64,000 nt of DNA from Phoronis australis (taxonomy: Eukaryota > Animalia > Phoronida), in contig NMRA01000771.1 in NCBI GenBank assembly GCA_002633005.1, positions 1 to 64,000 of the forward strand. Direction: 5' to 3'. The notes beneath the pieces were generated by a model. It was not told the DNA's origin and did no database searches. It worked only from the letters and a program-made list of their open reading frames with translations. This document shows positions 49,663 through 62,300 of the stretch, in pieces. Both the position numbers and the translations under genes were made by a program. How positions within the stretch are numbered: position 1 is the stretch's first letter; every line of letters begins with the position of its first letter.

Positions 49663-49873
49663 CTGGTGGAATTGCAGGGTGCTCGGCAGAGATATTCGGT
49701 GATGGCGTTGCTGGGTCTTGGACACTCAATTCTACACCCGGCATATCAACAGGACCAGGAGATAGCTGTTGAGTGTAGCGGGCATCATGCCCATTGGAGA
49801 ATTCTTGTTTCCCCTTTTCATCTGCTGCGGTATTGGGGGTAAGGCCATCGCCTTTACGTAGACAGTTACCCAT
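49663..49873 (-). CDS. Src-family kinase coding exon 1 (SH4/unique domain, MGNCLRK...HPAIPP); exon begins about 49943, so a 5' UTR exon lies further upstream
   Basis: MGNC myristoylation/palmitoylation-type N-terminus. Donor CCAG|gtaagg in phase 1 matches exon 2. Acceptor ttgacag at 49950-49944. The ten exons sum to 1587 nt = 528 aa + stop. Confidence 0.92.
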
Positions 49874-50768
49874 GGATACAAGTGTCTGTGTATACCATTC
49901 AAGGTGTAGGTAACAAATCCCAACTTAACTAGAGTGAGAAAACCTGTCAACAGAGAAAACAAAATATTTATAATCTCAACAGCGCAGCTTAATTTTTTGC
50001 AAATCCTTTGAAGATTAAATTACTAAAAAACATGTGAATATCTTGACTGCCACAGGCTACGAAAATCGCCAGGTCACATTTTGTGACCTAGCCAAAACCC
50101 AGGTCACATTTTCAAAACCCAACTCGCATTCATAAATGCCAGGTCGCAAAATTTTCCCGCCACTTTTATGCACCAAAACTGATTTTTTAGATCATCGAGA
50201 AAATGTTTAGATTATGCTCTTACCTATGGCCTTAAATACTCACAAATTTCATGTCGCAAAATTGAGTTCTTACATGCAGGTACGGCGTTACTGCCATTGA
50301 AAGGCTCTAGAGCCCAAGGCTAGTTGATGACGTGAAAGTTGAATCAGTGCTCTCTAACCGACACTTGCTTTCGAGTAGCTAGGATTGCAATGTAAAAAGG
50401 GAGAAAATATTCGCTGAAAAAGTATCCATGATTTTGTTAGGCTTGACCTGCTGTATGACTGTAATCAGAGTCTTTAAACATCCAAACTAACTCTGAGTGC
50501 AAACTCCTTCCATTTTTTTTGTTCACAGCCCAAATTTTGCAACTCGACATTTGAAAAACATATTGTCGAAAAAAACGTGAAACATTGCCCTAGTCAAATG
50601 ACGTACTTGGATGCACTGGAACAATTCAGTGCAAAATTCACAACAAAAATGTGGGACTTATGCTGTTTACGTTCTCAACCCATGAAATAAAAAGCTTTGA
50701 CATAATTGTCGGGTTTCCATCGGGTAATTCGAGTTTGCTCAATACCTTCTATGTACGAGAAAAACAGG

Positions 50769-50934
50769 GGCCCGTTCCAAGAAACGGACTAAAGTTCATT
50801 TTTGACTTAAGTCTAAGATTGGTCTTAACTTTCATACTTTGAAACTTCCACATCCGGTATGATAGTTAAAATTAAGACAAAACTTTTATCAAAAACTTAA
50901 TTCAAACTTAAGATCTCTTTCTTCAAACGGTCTA
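50769..50934. mobile_element. Short MITE with CAG flanks (Harbinger/Nuwa-like)
   Basis: CAG|GGGCCCGTTCCAAGAAA...TTTCTTCAAACGGTCTA|CAG imperfect TIRs with repeated CTTAAG inside. Confidence 0.4.
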
Positions 50935-52030
50935 CAGACAAATTTAAGTTTTATCTTAAAATTTACAGGTCAGTCACAAAATGACACACATGCAATTACT
51001 TTCTTTCGGAGGTATGAAACAAAGCCGGGATTTGGTTTTAACGTATTGAGAAGACATTTTTTTTTGAAAACTGAAATTGTTGTGCAAAACGAGAGTGACT
51101 CAGTATATAAACTGCGTGGCAATTTCAAACCACACGCCGTCGTTTGTAGTAAGCTATGATGGGCGCTAGCCTGAACTGTGGGCGCTTAATTGGAAATTGT
51201 CAAAGTTGAGGGGGGAATGCTTAGTAGAGCAGTGAGCGCTTATTTTGAAACACTTCAAAGGTAGGGGATAAACGCATGTGTGAGCATAGTGTTAAATTGA
51301 GTGTTTGTGGTAATAAGATCTTGAAAGAAATGTTATTCAATACAATTTTGAGTGCTAAACTACATCTAGTAGGGGTGACTTTCTGGCTATCGTTACCACC
51401 TACAGATTGTCAAATAAGCCATTGGCGCCCAGGTGCTTAACAGAGCCAAGCTGGTATTACTCTTTCATTTATGACTGTCGCTGTTCTCTTTTGATATGCT
51501 GCTTTGAAGTGTTGCACACAAATGAGTTCGCGCACGTGAATCGCTAGAGTTAAGGCCTTCATTTTACGTTGGCAATACCATGTGACAGATGACTTGCATG
51601 TCGCGCATGTAGCCCCAGAAACATAAGTGTTTGAGAAATTCTTAGCAACTCAAAAACTGTGTGACCGTCATTTGGCAATTGTCTGCCAGGACCGCCTGCA
51701 CATTAACCAACAGGACCAACCAGTGCCGCTGTGCAATATCAGCGATATTGTCGTGGATTATACATGTTTGTATGTGAAAAATTTTCTTCAGTGCATTCAC
51801 AACTTTGCAAAAGTAGCTGAAAATGTTAGCCAATGAAATACGTCAAAGATCGATTCTGCACTATCCCATTTTCACACGACATGCTTATAAGTCATCAGGA
51901 GGGCTGTTCTTGATTAGTGTTCTATTGAACTTGATTTGCAAGTACCTAATAACAGTCGGATTCACATGAGTTGCTTTATATTTGCCAGGTATCTTTCGAG
52001 AAGAGTAAAAACTCAACTTGCATTTAGTGA

Positions 52031-52694
52031 CAAATAACTCGAAAACGGTAAGTCTGGGAAAAAGGTTATCACAGAAGTTTTGAAAGAGCATACTTCAAGG
52101 AATCCACATGCAAAAATTCATGTCATTTGCTTTTCCCGTTAAAAATACAACACCAGAACGATTGAAAATGGGTGAAAATGCACCAGAGCCACCATTCTTA
52201 AAAGTTACTTCCGGTTAAACAAAATTTTATAAAAGTCAATTAACAGCAACAAACACATGACCAGTTTGAAAGTGATTGGTTCGCCGATGTGCCCTCTACA
52301 GGAGAAAACGTTTTCGGCCAGATATCGAGGTGCACATGCGCCATTGTCAATATTTCCGCCATCTTTAACCAGAAGTCAATGTTTTTCGGCACAGTTGTAG
52401 CACATGTGTTCTATAATAATCGTACCACGTTTCAGCCCTGTACGTCGAAAAATGTGGCCTCTATGATCATTTGACTCTGAAATCGAAAACAAAATGGCCA
52501 TCATGTCCGCAATTTTGAATTCGATCATGACCAAAAACAATAGGCTTCCAGGACTTTACGATCTACACGTCGTGTGCAAATTTCGTGAGAATCGAACGAA
52601 AATTGCAACCTGTACAGTGCGAACAAAAAAAAAACTTGACGACAGAGCAACAAACTTGGCGAAATTTATTTCGCCAATAATTTCGCCAAGTAAT
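52031..52694. mobile_element. Partial second copy of HINE family B
   Basis: Colinear with 31410-32075. Terminal hairpin ACTTGGCGAAAT...ATTTCGCCAAGT. Confidence 0.85.
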
Positions 52695-54983
52695 AAAGAT
52701 GTTGCGGTATACATCTCAGGGCACATGTAGTATCATCATCTATACATTCAAAAGACCTTAAAAGCAGTTACGCACATGCCAACTTTATTGAGATTAAAAA
52801 ACACGGCATGAGGCTTAAACATCAACACATACATGAGACCATATTTTGTCAATCAATAAAACATGTATCAACCATCATACATAAGGAATTTCAATTAATA
52901 CTAGACTTTGGTAAATTTACCAACACACATAATATCCTTATCAACTTCCTTGTTACCAAAGCCCAGCCTAGCTGTGTCACTACTGGATTCAGGTCACACC
53001 CCAACTAGGTCATGCCATATCTGAGAGCTGAGATAAGGCCATAAATCTTTGTGACAGTACACACAGCTAGTACTGTACAGTGCATACATAATCCTCACAG
53101 ATACATAATCCTCACAGATCTGATGAAGGGGGCTGGCAATGGCAGTTTTAGTAATTTTCTTATACTGGATTTGATGAATAATTCTGGATATTGTGACATA
53201 TGACAATACTTGTATTGTTAAAATGCACAAGTCTTCTCTCAACGTTTGAGGCCCAACAATGAGTGCATATATTACAAATAATTACATACCAAATAGTTTT
53301 ATGAGATATTTTACAGTATTTCTTGCAACAAATGTAAGGACAAGGTTTAATCAAGATGATAAATTATCAGCAATAAAGCACCAGTTCATAAAAGTGCAGT
53401 AAAATTTCAGACAACAATCACATTTATGTATTGGTTGGGTACGATGAACCATAAAACAAGTAAACCTATCTATTGATTTGAATTGTTCGAACACCAAAAT
53501 CCCTTTACTTCTTTCAATGAGTTTTTAAACATTTTTGCAAGAGTTAGACTATCTCTAATTAACAGCTTTGCAAGTTTTTGGTGAATGTAAGCAAGTCTGG
53601 ACATAGCTATTTATTCAGTCAACAATACATGGCATTACACAATAAAAATAACCCATTAATAGTCAAAGTAGCTTTTCAAACAATGCCAGATTGACATAAA
53701 AATAGAGCAGAGAAAACAAAGCGAGCAAAGGCTGATTAGACATTCACCACGAGCAAGAATTTTGTCTTCGGCTACTCCTTGATTGTCTTCTTCAAATTAT
53801 TTCTCAGAGTTACGCAAAGATGCAGCTTGGCGCCATCAACCATCTATGATCTGTTGAGCACTGAATTACGGATACCTCTGAGCACTTCTTTTCAAGTTCC
53901 TTTCAAATGAACCAGGTTCTCTTTGCAGTCGTGACTGTTTACAATATGCAACGACTTGTTCCTGCTACTTGACATGCAAGTTTCAGCAACTCTACGTACC
54001 AACGGACGAACGCATGGCAGCTCTTACAACTCCGACTGTGATGTCAACAGCTACATTGCAGATAAATTCTTAAGTGTGGACAGACCTTAAAAATCTTTTA
54101 AGTTGAAGATAGTGATTTTGACTCATCTTCAAACAAGTAGTTAAAACAAGCTAGTGGAACCAACCCTCACTGCTGGTGTAATGAATGAAAACATTCCAGT
54201 CTAGACATCATGTATGGTTGTGAAAAAATTATGAAATCAATATTGCTACCAAAAAATTCTAAATGTGTGACAAAAATAAGGTTTTTCAACATAGCCTTTT
54301 AACTGTGAGGCTTAGCAATTATAACCAATTCACAGCCTTTGGCTCAATAATGGACTTCTTTGTTAGTCATGACCCTTTCTCAGCAGAGCAAATTGCCAAG
54401 AGCATTATTTCCTTAAGATGGTCTGAAAGCATAACCTATTCATTTGATTTGAAAGCTTTTTTGAGAACTACCCCTGACCTTAACACTGCTGCCTCTAAAC
54501 AGGGTGATGTTTTCTACATCAACTTAATTTTCCATGGTTCTCAAGTTACTTTTACCAGATCTTCGTCATTAAGGTTCATCCCTAACCTAGGGTTAGCAGG
54601 TTGTCTTCCAGACAAATACTACTTTTTAAGTTGTGACTGGGTTTTGACAATTATACATTTGAATCGATTGAATACAGAAAAATAACATGATGTGTTCAGT
54701 CACTTCAGTCTAATGTTTGTGACTGTGAGTTAAAGGTTTTCGCTCAAATGACAAGGAAACTTTTAGCAGCATCTTCCAGCCTTCTTAGCTGATGGGCATG
54801 ATGCATCTAGCCCATCTCACAATATCTGGTGTAAAGTCTAAGAACACAGAAAGACATGTGAAATGTGGTGTAACAATTGGTTCACTGTAATGGGCAGAAA
54901 CTAGCACAGTTGCCAATTAAACTGCTTCAATCAACTACCACCACCACTGACAATAGTTTAGGGCAAACATTTCTGGGAAGAGT

Positions 54984-55980
54984 AACAAGAGCAACAGAGA
55001 TCGTTAAATGCACCTACGAATGCATCGCAAATGATGTGCTTTTAGGGTTGTGTATTGGTCATAAAAATGGCCACTAGGAGGTGCAAAATTTATGAAAATT
55101 CGTTGAGGACCATTGAAGATACAGAGGTAAACTTAAAATCTAAAATTGCCACCAGGGGGCACACCAGTACGTCACATTTTTTGAAAATACGTTGAGAACG
55201 TTTGAAGATACAGAATTTAACGTAAAAAATAAAATTGCCACCAGGGAGCACACCAGCTCTCAAATCTGTCCAAAAGTCGTCGTCGTCCTTTGTCAACATC
55301 ATATAAATGTACTTACTAAATTTAGTAAAGATCCTGCAGACGGTTTAGGAGATACAGCCATAGGCGCAAAAAAAACTGCCCCTAGGAGGCGCCACAGTCG
55401 TCAAAATCGTCGGAAAATCATCGTCAGCCATCCTCTTCATAGTAAGAACATACATGCCAATTTCCATAATCATCCTTAGAGCGGTTTGGTTGGTAGAGGG
55501 GTGAACGACTAAAAACATACTCGAAAACAGTAAAAATGGCCACTAGGTGGCGTAAATTACGTCGAATCTATCCGAAAATGGGTGGATAGCGTCATCTCAC
55601 TACTAGATGCCTACATGCCAAATTTTATGACAATACACTGAAGACCTTTGAAGATATACAGGTAAGCGTAAAAAACTAAAATTGCAACTAGGGGGCAGAC
55701 CAGTAGTCAAATCCGTCCGAAAGTTCGCTCATGCTGTCCCATCGATCACAGGAACACGTGTAAAATTTCATGAACATACGACAACGTCAAACGGTTTTGG
55801 GTTAGAGCAGCGGATGCCGGACTGACGCCGGACTGACGCCGGACTGACGCCGGACGGACGCCGGACAGATGCCGGACGGACCCCGGATGGACGCTGCCTG
55901 GATGGACACTGCCTGGACAGACGGATGGACGGAGATGACGGCATAATGCGTTCACATATAAATATGTGGGCACATAAAAA
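54984..55980. mobile_element. Apparently complete HINE/DINE-1-like element, family A
   Basis: Starts AACAAGAGC with sub-TIR ATGCACCTAC. Core repeats carry CCACTAGG motifs. A GGAC/ACGCC-rich microsatellite spans 55810-55935. Terminal hairpin ATGCGTTCACATAT-AA-ATATGTGGGCACAT followed by AAAAA. Confidence 0.78.
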
Positions 55981-58900
55981 TGGAGAAGATAAAGAGTTTT
56001 TCATACATTGTGACATATCTCTCATCTATAGCATTCTCCATAGAAAAAATATGTTGCAATTCGCATGAAATGCCACAAATATTTCAAGAAATACATGGGA
56101 TTAATTCCACAAACGGTCGTGTCCCCAAAGGCTTCATGAATACGAAAAGTTATGTTGTCTCTGTTGACATACATTGACACAACAGTCAGTGCAGTTCAAT
56201 GCATTACGCCACCAGACTGAGGTTTAACCATGTACAGATAATGACAATTTTTAGGTGAATCCAAAAACCGAGCACAATGGATAATATTTTCCTAGTATTA
56301 ATGCAGCAAACTTTTGTAAAACCCAGAATCCTTGCAATTATGTGTCCAATGCAAAACTTTTTGTATTAACACTTTGTGTGAAAAATAAGCTGGATTATTT
56401 CCACCAATTTTCACATGGGAATGGCACATGTCTTGCTACTGTTGTTTTTCATGGGATACTTATACTTTATCCAGTATGATTACATGACTGATACTTGTGT
56501 CATATGATTGGCTGAAATGCAGTTTGACAAGTTTGGATATAATGCAATAATGACCAAAATTAGTGTAGAATATTCATTCAGGCCACCCAGACATCAGATG
56601 TCAAGTGCTACTCCCAACCTGACCAATCAAAAGCTACAGAAACACTAAACCCTGACAACAAAGTAACCAAATGATATCAGTACACCAAAACAGTTGAGAA
56701 CATGGTAATCTAAAGATAGGAATAAATCAGAGGAAAGAAGCATCAGTGGCCATGTAATAAAACAAATGGTAATGAACATATGAGCATATCAGGTCATGAA
56801 ACTCAGGAGAGCAACGTTGCACGAAGCCAAACATTGGTCCATATGATCCAATATCAACCTCTAGATTGGTCCCTATTTATTCAATTCACAGCCATGTCCA
56901 GTTTTTCATGTTAATCATGGTCAGTGCCAGTTTGAAGTAAAATTTCTCTGGAATTGTGAGCAGCAAAGTCTGTAGTCTTTCATGTAGTTTATCATCATTT
57001 GTTTTTTTCTGTATGTGGTATTGGTATTGAACGAAAAATGGAGTAAAATTGGTAGAGTTTTAGCATCTGTATCAATGGGTACATCAACCGTATATGGCAC
57101 TAATTAATTATATATTTTACTTACCATATGTAGAATATTGCAACAGGTCAAATTTCAAAGCATGTTTTAAAAAAACAAAAATGAGAAAACAACAAATTCC
57201 AAAACATTCCCAAACTAAAATATCACACTAAATAAGTATTTTACAGGCTGAAACGTCTGTGAAGGGGATCACTGCTACACAACAAAACTACCATGAACAC
57301 ACAATAAGCAATTTTCAAAATCAAAGGCATCTTGAGACTTCACTCATACCTTCAAACATATAATTTCCAAACAGCCACATTGTCTTTTTGGCCAACATGT
57401 TTTTGGTGCATAGAACTGTAGAAACACTAAAGCCAGTCTGAGTAATCTATGAATTCATACTAGGTTCAAAAGCAACAGGGAAATCTATCCAATAAAAGAT
57501 CATATGTCACAATCCCTTGTTAAAATCAAAAAGACCTTGGCTCTTACCAGACAAACACAGTCATGAAGGGCTATGCATATTGTAAGTGTAAGGTTTACCA
57601 TATCTATGTTTTTGTGAGTTATACTAAGAACTTAGGAAGAGGTTTCTACGTAATAGAACCAAGGTATCCAATCTAGAATTCCTATGTTATATCAAAGATC
57701 CAATAAACGAGAGGCCTCCAATATAAAGTGAGTCTCCAATAGCGGCAGGGTACCATGCAGGCAATCAAGTTGACCCTGAAGCTGGAGACTGGTAATCACA
57801 TGGTGTGTAACGTACACACCAAAGCGGTTATAATTTTAAAGCGATTTAGAAATCATAACTCTCTGAACACCTTAAAATGGCTTTATAAGTTGTAACAGTA
57901 GCATGGTTAAAACCCTCTGTGATGGTGGTTTAGCAAGAGGTTACAACCAGTTATAACTCTAGTGTCAAATCTCTTTGGAGATAAAGGTGCACCAAGGCAC
58001 TAACTGGGCTGGGGTGAATAGGAAAGTGATACCACTGATGCCTAGCGACTAAAACAACACACTATGGTGTTTTTAAAACACAAGACATGTGTATCCAGGA
58101 ATCGCACAGACAGCCATATATTGAAAATAACATAATATCAAGACAATTGACCAAAATTTAATACAGTACATTTTTATCTTTAAAGCAAGATTAATTTTGT
58201 GAAAAATGCTTCAACTGGTGTGAGATTACACAATGCAAGTAGTAATCCACAGTGCTGTTACGGAGCTGCCCTACAGCCATCTTTTGGCTGGCCAACTTGC
58301 TGCCACCAAGAGCCCTAAAGACGTTCATTTGTTAGTAGTAAGTACACCACCTTGATGAAGCCCCTTCCACAAATGATTCACGTACTTGTCTAATATCTGA
58401 GCACAGTACCTACTATAATAGCCGTCATGTTACTTACCCTAATAACTAACAGCACATGTGGGGACCCTGCACAGGCAAACCTTCTACAGAGTCAACATCT
58501 CAGTTCTTCCAAAAACTTTCATAAACAGTGTTCTCCAAAACAGAAAATTCAAACTCGACAGGAATTACAAAATCTATGTACATGTTTGAAAGCTCATGTT
58601 CATACTGCGAGAAGTTTGTGTGCTAAAACTTGGAACAAATGCATTGAACTGGTACCACAATGTTCTAATTTGCTAAGAAAGGACTAATCTCTCAATACTT
58701 TAAACTCAATGCAAGGGTTTTGAAACTCGACGCAATTAAGCCAATCTTGTCACGACAAAGTTCAAACTCAACACAGTGACTAGTCAAATCAGGTTGTGGA
58801 GAAAACTGATAAAGAACAAGCCGAAATTAATTTCAAATCATGTTTTAATTCAAAGATTGATGCCAACGAGTGTAGCCAAGATGTTGTTTTGGTACCTTGA

Positions 58901-59904
58901 ACATAACAGAATCCCCAACTGGAAAACTGTGCAAGTTTGTACAGAAAATATACATTGTTTACAGTTTTGACATCTAAGTTTTTTTAAAAAAAATGAATCA
59001 TGCTTTCTTTATCAGTTGAGTACCAGACAAGGAAGTTGAGCCATGGTTCCTTATTCTGAAACTGAATGAAGTGGGTGTTCTCGCCCATTGTCTTGATCAT
59101 CAAGACATTTGAACTATGAACTGGGTATATGACATGGCGAACTAGTAACATTGAGTCACTCACAACAACAGACCTTGAAGTATGCCTCAAGTTCCCTCTC
59201 AAGACCACCACACACAAATGCAACCGAAACAAGCCTTGTATCACCTCATAACATTTACAGAAATATTGAAAAACTACTTTTCTCAGGGTTTGGGGGATAT
59301 GGTAGTATCAGTCTAATGAGCAAATTGCATACTGCAGTTATTATATCAAAGGAGAAAGAATAATTACAAAATTGGTGAGTTGACAACTGGTTTATCAAGC
59401 AGTTTTCTAGCAATGCTAGATGCTACTATGAAAGATATACCAGTAAGCTACAGTAAAAGTAAAAAAGAATATATGTATGCTCAGAGTCTCTGGAATAGAT
59501 GAGAAGCTGAATTTTATGCTTACAAGGAAACAATTAACAAATGATAATGGCCCAAATAACAACTTCAGGCTAAAACACAGAAATATTAACACAGCAAAAT
59601 AGAACAGATCTACTTTAGGGTAAAATACCAAGTTGTTTTAAAAAGTCCTACAAGGAAGTATTGTTTTAAAGAAGAATCAATTTCAAGTCACACCTCAGAT
59701 AAAAATGATGGCCTGGGTTGTACTTTATCACTGGTCAAACGTGTTTTCATATTACATTGACATGCGTTTTATATATAAAGCATTTTGCTATGGATTATGT
59801 TTCTGTTTCGATATCACACAGTCGCAGGTCATCTCCACCACTTCATATAAGATTAAATAAATAAACATTGTTTACACCTGCTTGCGAACACAGGTCTCTG
59901 TGCG

Positions 59905-60151
59905 TTCCCACCATCATTAGCTGTGCTCCCACCACTATCATTAGCTGTATTCCCACCACTATCGTTAGCTGTGTTCCCACCACTATCATTAGCTGTATTC
60001 CCACCACTATCATTAGCTGTATTCCCACCACTATCATTAGCTGTGNGCTGTGTTCCCACCACTATCATTCGCTGTGTTCCCACCACTATCATTAGCTGTG
60101 CTCCCACCACTATCATTAGCTGTGCTCCCACCACTATCATTAGCTGTGTTC
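59905..60151. repeat. 24-bp minisatellite (ACCACTATCATTAGCTGTGTTCCC), about 10 copies, with an N at 60046
   Basis: Direct reading. The N suggests the assembled length is uncertain. Confidence 0.95.
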
Positions 60152-60329
60152 CGGTCTTTCCCAGGACCCCCTGTAAAAGGTGGAGTGCCAGAGGTGAACA
60201 GTCTCTGCCTGGCAATAAGTTCTTCCGCAGGTGTTGCAGTTCCAGTTGGCATTTCAGTTATATCCATCCACTCGTCTCTGCCTTGCCTTTGGTACTACCC
60301 TGACTCCGAACTCCTGCGTCACACCAACT

Positions 60330-61740
60330 ACTGAACAAGATGAAAACCATCTAAAGCTGATCCCAATTGAAGACTCTACATTTCCGTCCTCGTGACAGAC
60401 ATATGCCACTTGAGGTCATACACTCCTGCATTGATGAGCTTCTTCTGTTACTATCTCCTGAGGTACATCTATGTTGCCTCATGTCTTTAAGTTAGTAAAA
60501 GATGTTATTTGACCGAGTGTTCGCTGCACTACTAGAATGTGCTTGGAAACGATGGTTATCTAAAATAACCCTGACAAACAACCCAATTCCTAGTTTTTAG
60601 CGCTGATATAGTCTCTTTATCTCCAGTTCAGTAAATGAAGTCTTCTTTGAACCTCACAGTCACTATTCACTCACAACATTTAGTTGTGCTGCCAGGTGAA
60701 CATCCCGACTGTTTACAAGTAATGAATTGCAGGTCAATCAAATGTCCATGAAATTTCTCCAGTTTCCACATTGAAGGTCCGTACTTAGGAAAACTCAGTC
60801 GCCCTGGTTCTAATCTCATAATACCTCTCCACTTGACCTCCATCCAGACTGCTTTTGTAAATTTTCAATCTGAATTCCTCAACACCTGAAATATGTGATC
60901 TCTTCTGTCTCTTTTTCATGAATTTCTTTTCTCTGGCTCTGCTGCCCGAAGTACATAATAAGCTTTCCGTCACTAACTCTACCTAAAATCTGCTGGTGTC
61001 TTGTCCTGCTCTCGCCTTCTTCAATCACTGATGTTGCCAACTAGCTTCTTCCTGTTCGTAATTCAGTGCTTCTGAGTTTAATAACATGGTCACATAGGGT
61101 CCCACAGCTGAAAGATTCGTCACCTTATAGCATTGGCAACAACAGTCTAGATAACAATCCAAGTTGGTAGCACCACAGTTTTGTGTTGTTTGGTAATCCC
61201 CTGTGGTCAACCTTCATTAGCCAGACTCTCTGGTCTAGGACTCCTCTAACCCTGGTATCACCATTCAATGCTCCATAACAGACATTCTCAAAACACTTGA
61301 CTGGACTCTTTGAAATAGTGGAATCCTTGCTCCTGTCAGCTTGCATGTCTTCTGTCTTTGAAGAAAGTGTTTTTGGATAACAAATTTCTTGATACGTCTG
61401 CCTTGAACCTCATCATCCCCAAGTCGCAAACCTGCTCAAGAATGACACTTAATGCAACCTGTCCCCACAAAGCACTGTCATTACTGAACAAGGCTGTCTG
61501 ATGTACCCCCGCATTGAACCACTCCACTGTTTCGTTGCTCTGGATATCAATGACATGATAGAAGAATCCACTTCTCCAGCTTCGGCCACTCTGTCACAAC
61601 TATGCCAATACTGAACCACAAAGTAGATCTTTAATACGACTATCACCACCTAGGGACCATCTGGGGTATGATATGCAGTCATAGCCTCTTTGATGATTGC
61701 ATGGAGAACTGATATTTGCACGTCGACACAATAAAGTCAA
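60330..61740 (-). mobile_element. Heavily decayed RLE-type (HERO/NeSL-like) non-LTR retrotransposon
   Basis: Fragments SPVKCF...WLMKVDHRGLPNNTKLWCYQLGLLSRLLLPML and FTWQHN (cf. RYTWRHN) occur in the expected order. Many stops and frameshifts. Family call is from motif recollection. Confidence 0.55.
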
Positions 61741-61899
61741 AGTATGCACTATGTAGATATTCATTTGTTCAATAACGGTGATGTGCTACAGGCAACATAA
61801 TAGGGCAGTCCCGGATTAAACGATGACAGAACTCTCGTTTGTCCCAGAGATAAGAAAGCATGTGACCTCGTTGTGGAAATCAAGTACGTTTTCATGTCT

Positions 61900-62013
61900 C
61901 TCATAGATGACGAAGAATTTTAGATCACGCATCCACGGGTTTTTGTCCAGTTTATCAAACTTTCTCACATCGGAGTTGCAGTCTACAGTACAGCAGTAAT
62001 ACTTCATTGGCAT
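61900..62013 (-). mobile_element. THAP-like N-terminal fragment of a DNA transposon
   Basis: MPMKYYCCTVDCNSDVRK...LKFF resembles the start of a THAP zinc finger. Truncated. Confidence 0.35.
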
Positions 62014-62082
62014 TAGAAGGATGAACAGAGTAATGCAACCGAGAAAAACTTGCAAAGAATCAAGACAATAACAAATAACATG

Positions 62083-62300
62083 TCATGTGAAGCTCCAATG
62101 GCATGAAAATGAGTCAGCAAATGCGCCTGACAAATTCGGGTGTCGCTGTATATTCCGGGACGGTCCTATTGGCCTTGCAAGCACCTGTACATGAGAAATT
62201 GCTCTACGGTAGTCTTCACCATATACTATTAGCTGGTTTATCCTGCTTGAGAGGATCTTGGCCAGCACCCTTACCAAGCAAATAGGCAGAAACTCTTCCT
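62083..62300 (-). mobile_element. Possible RTE-like reverse-transcriptase relic
   Basis: VRVLAKILSSRINQLI resembles the KILAKILxxRL RT motif. Otherwise degenerate. Confidence 0.3.

Noticed and set aside
50050-51900. Possible decayed hAT-like element (AGGTC(A/G)CA subterminal repeats; ORF 51642-51833)
   Set aside because: The matching end and TSD could not be found, and protein similarity is too weak to support a call.
53700-54900. Coding-like composition suggesting a pseudogene or TE relic
   Set aside because: No recognisable motif and many stops in all frames.
59843-60334. Repeat-protein ORFs (TANDSGGN, IVVGIQLM, PTTIISC)
   Set aside because: All frames are open because of the 24-bp unit; it contains an N and has no supporting exon structure.
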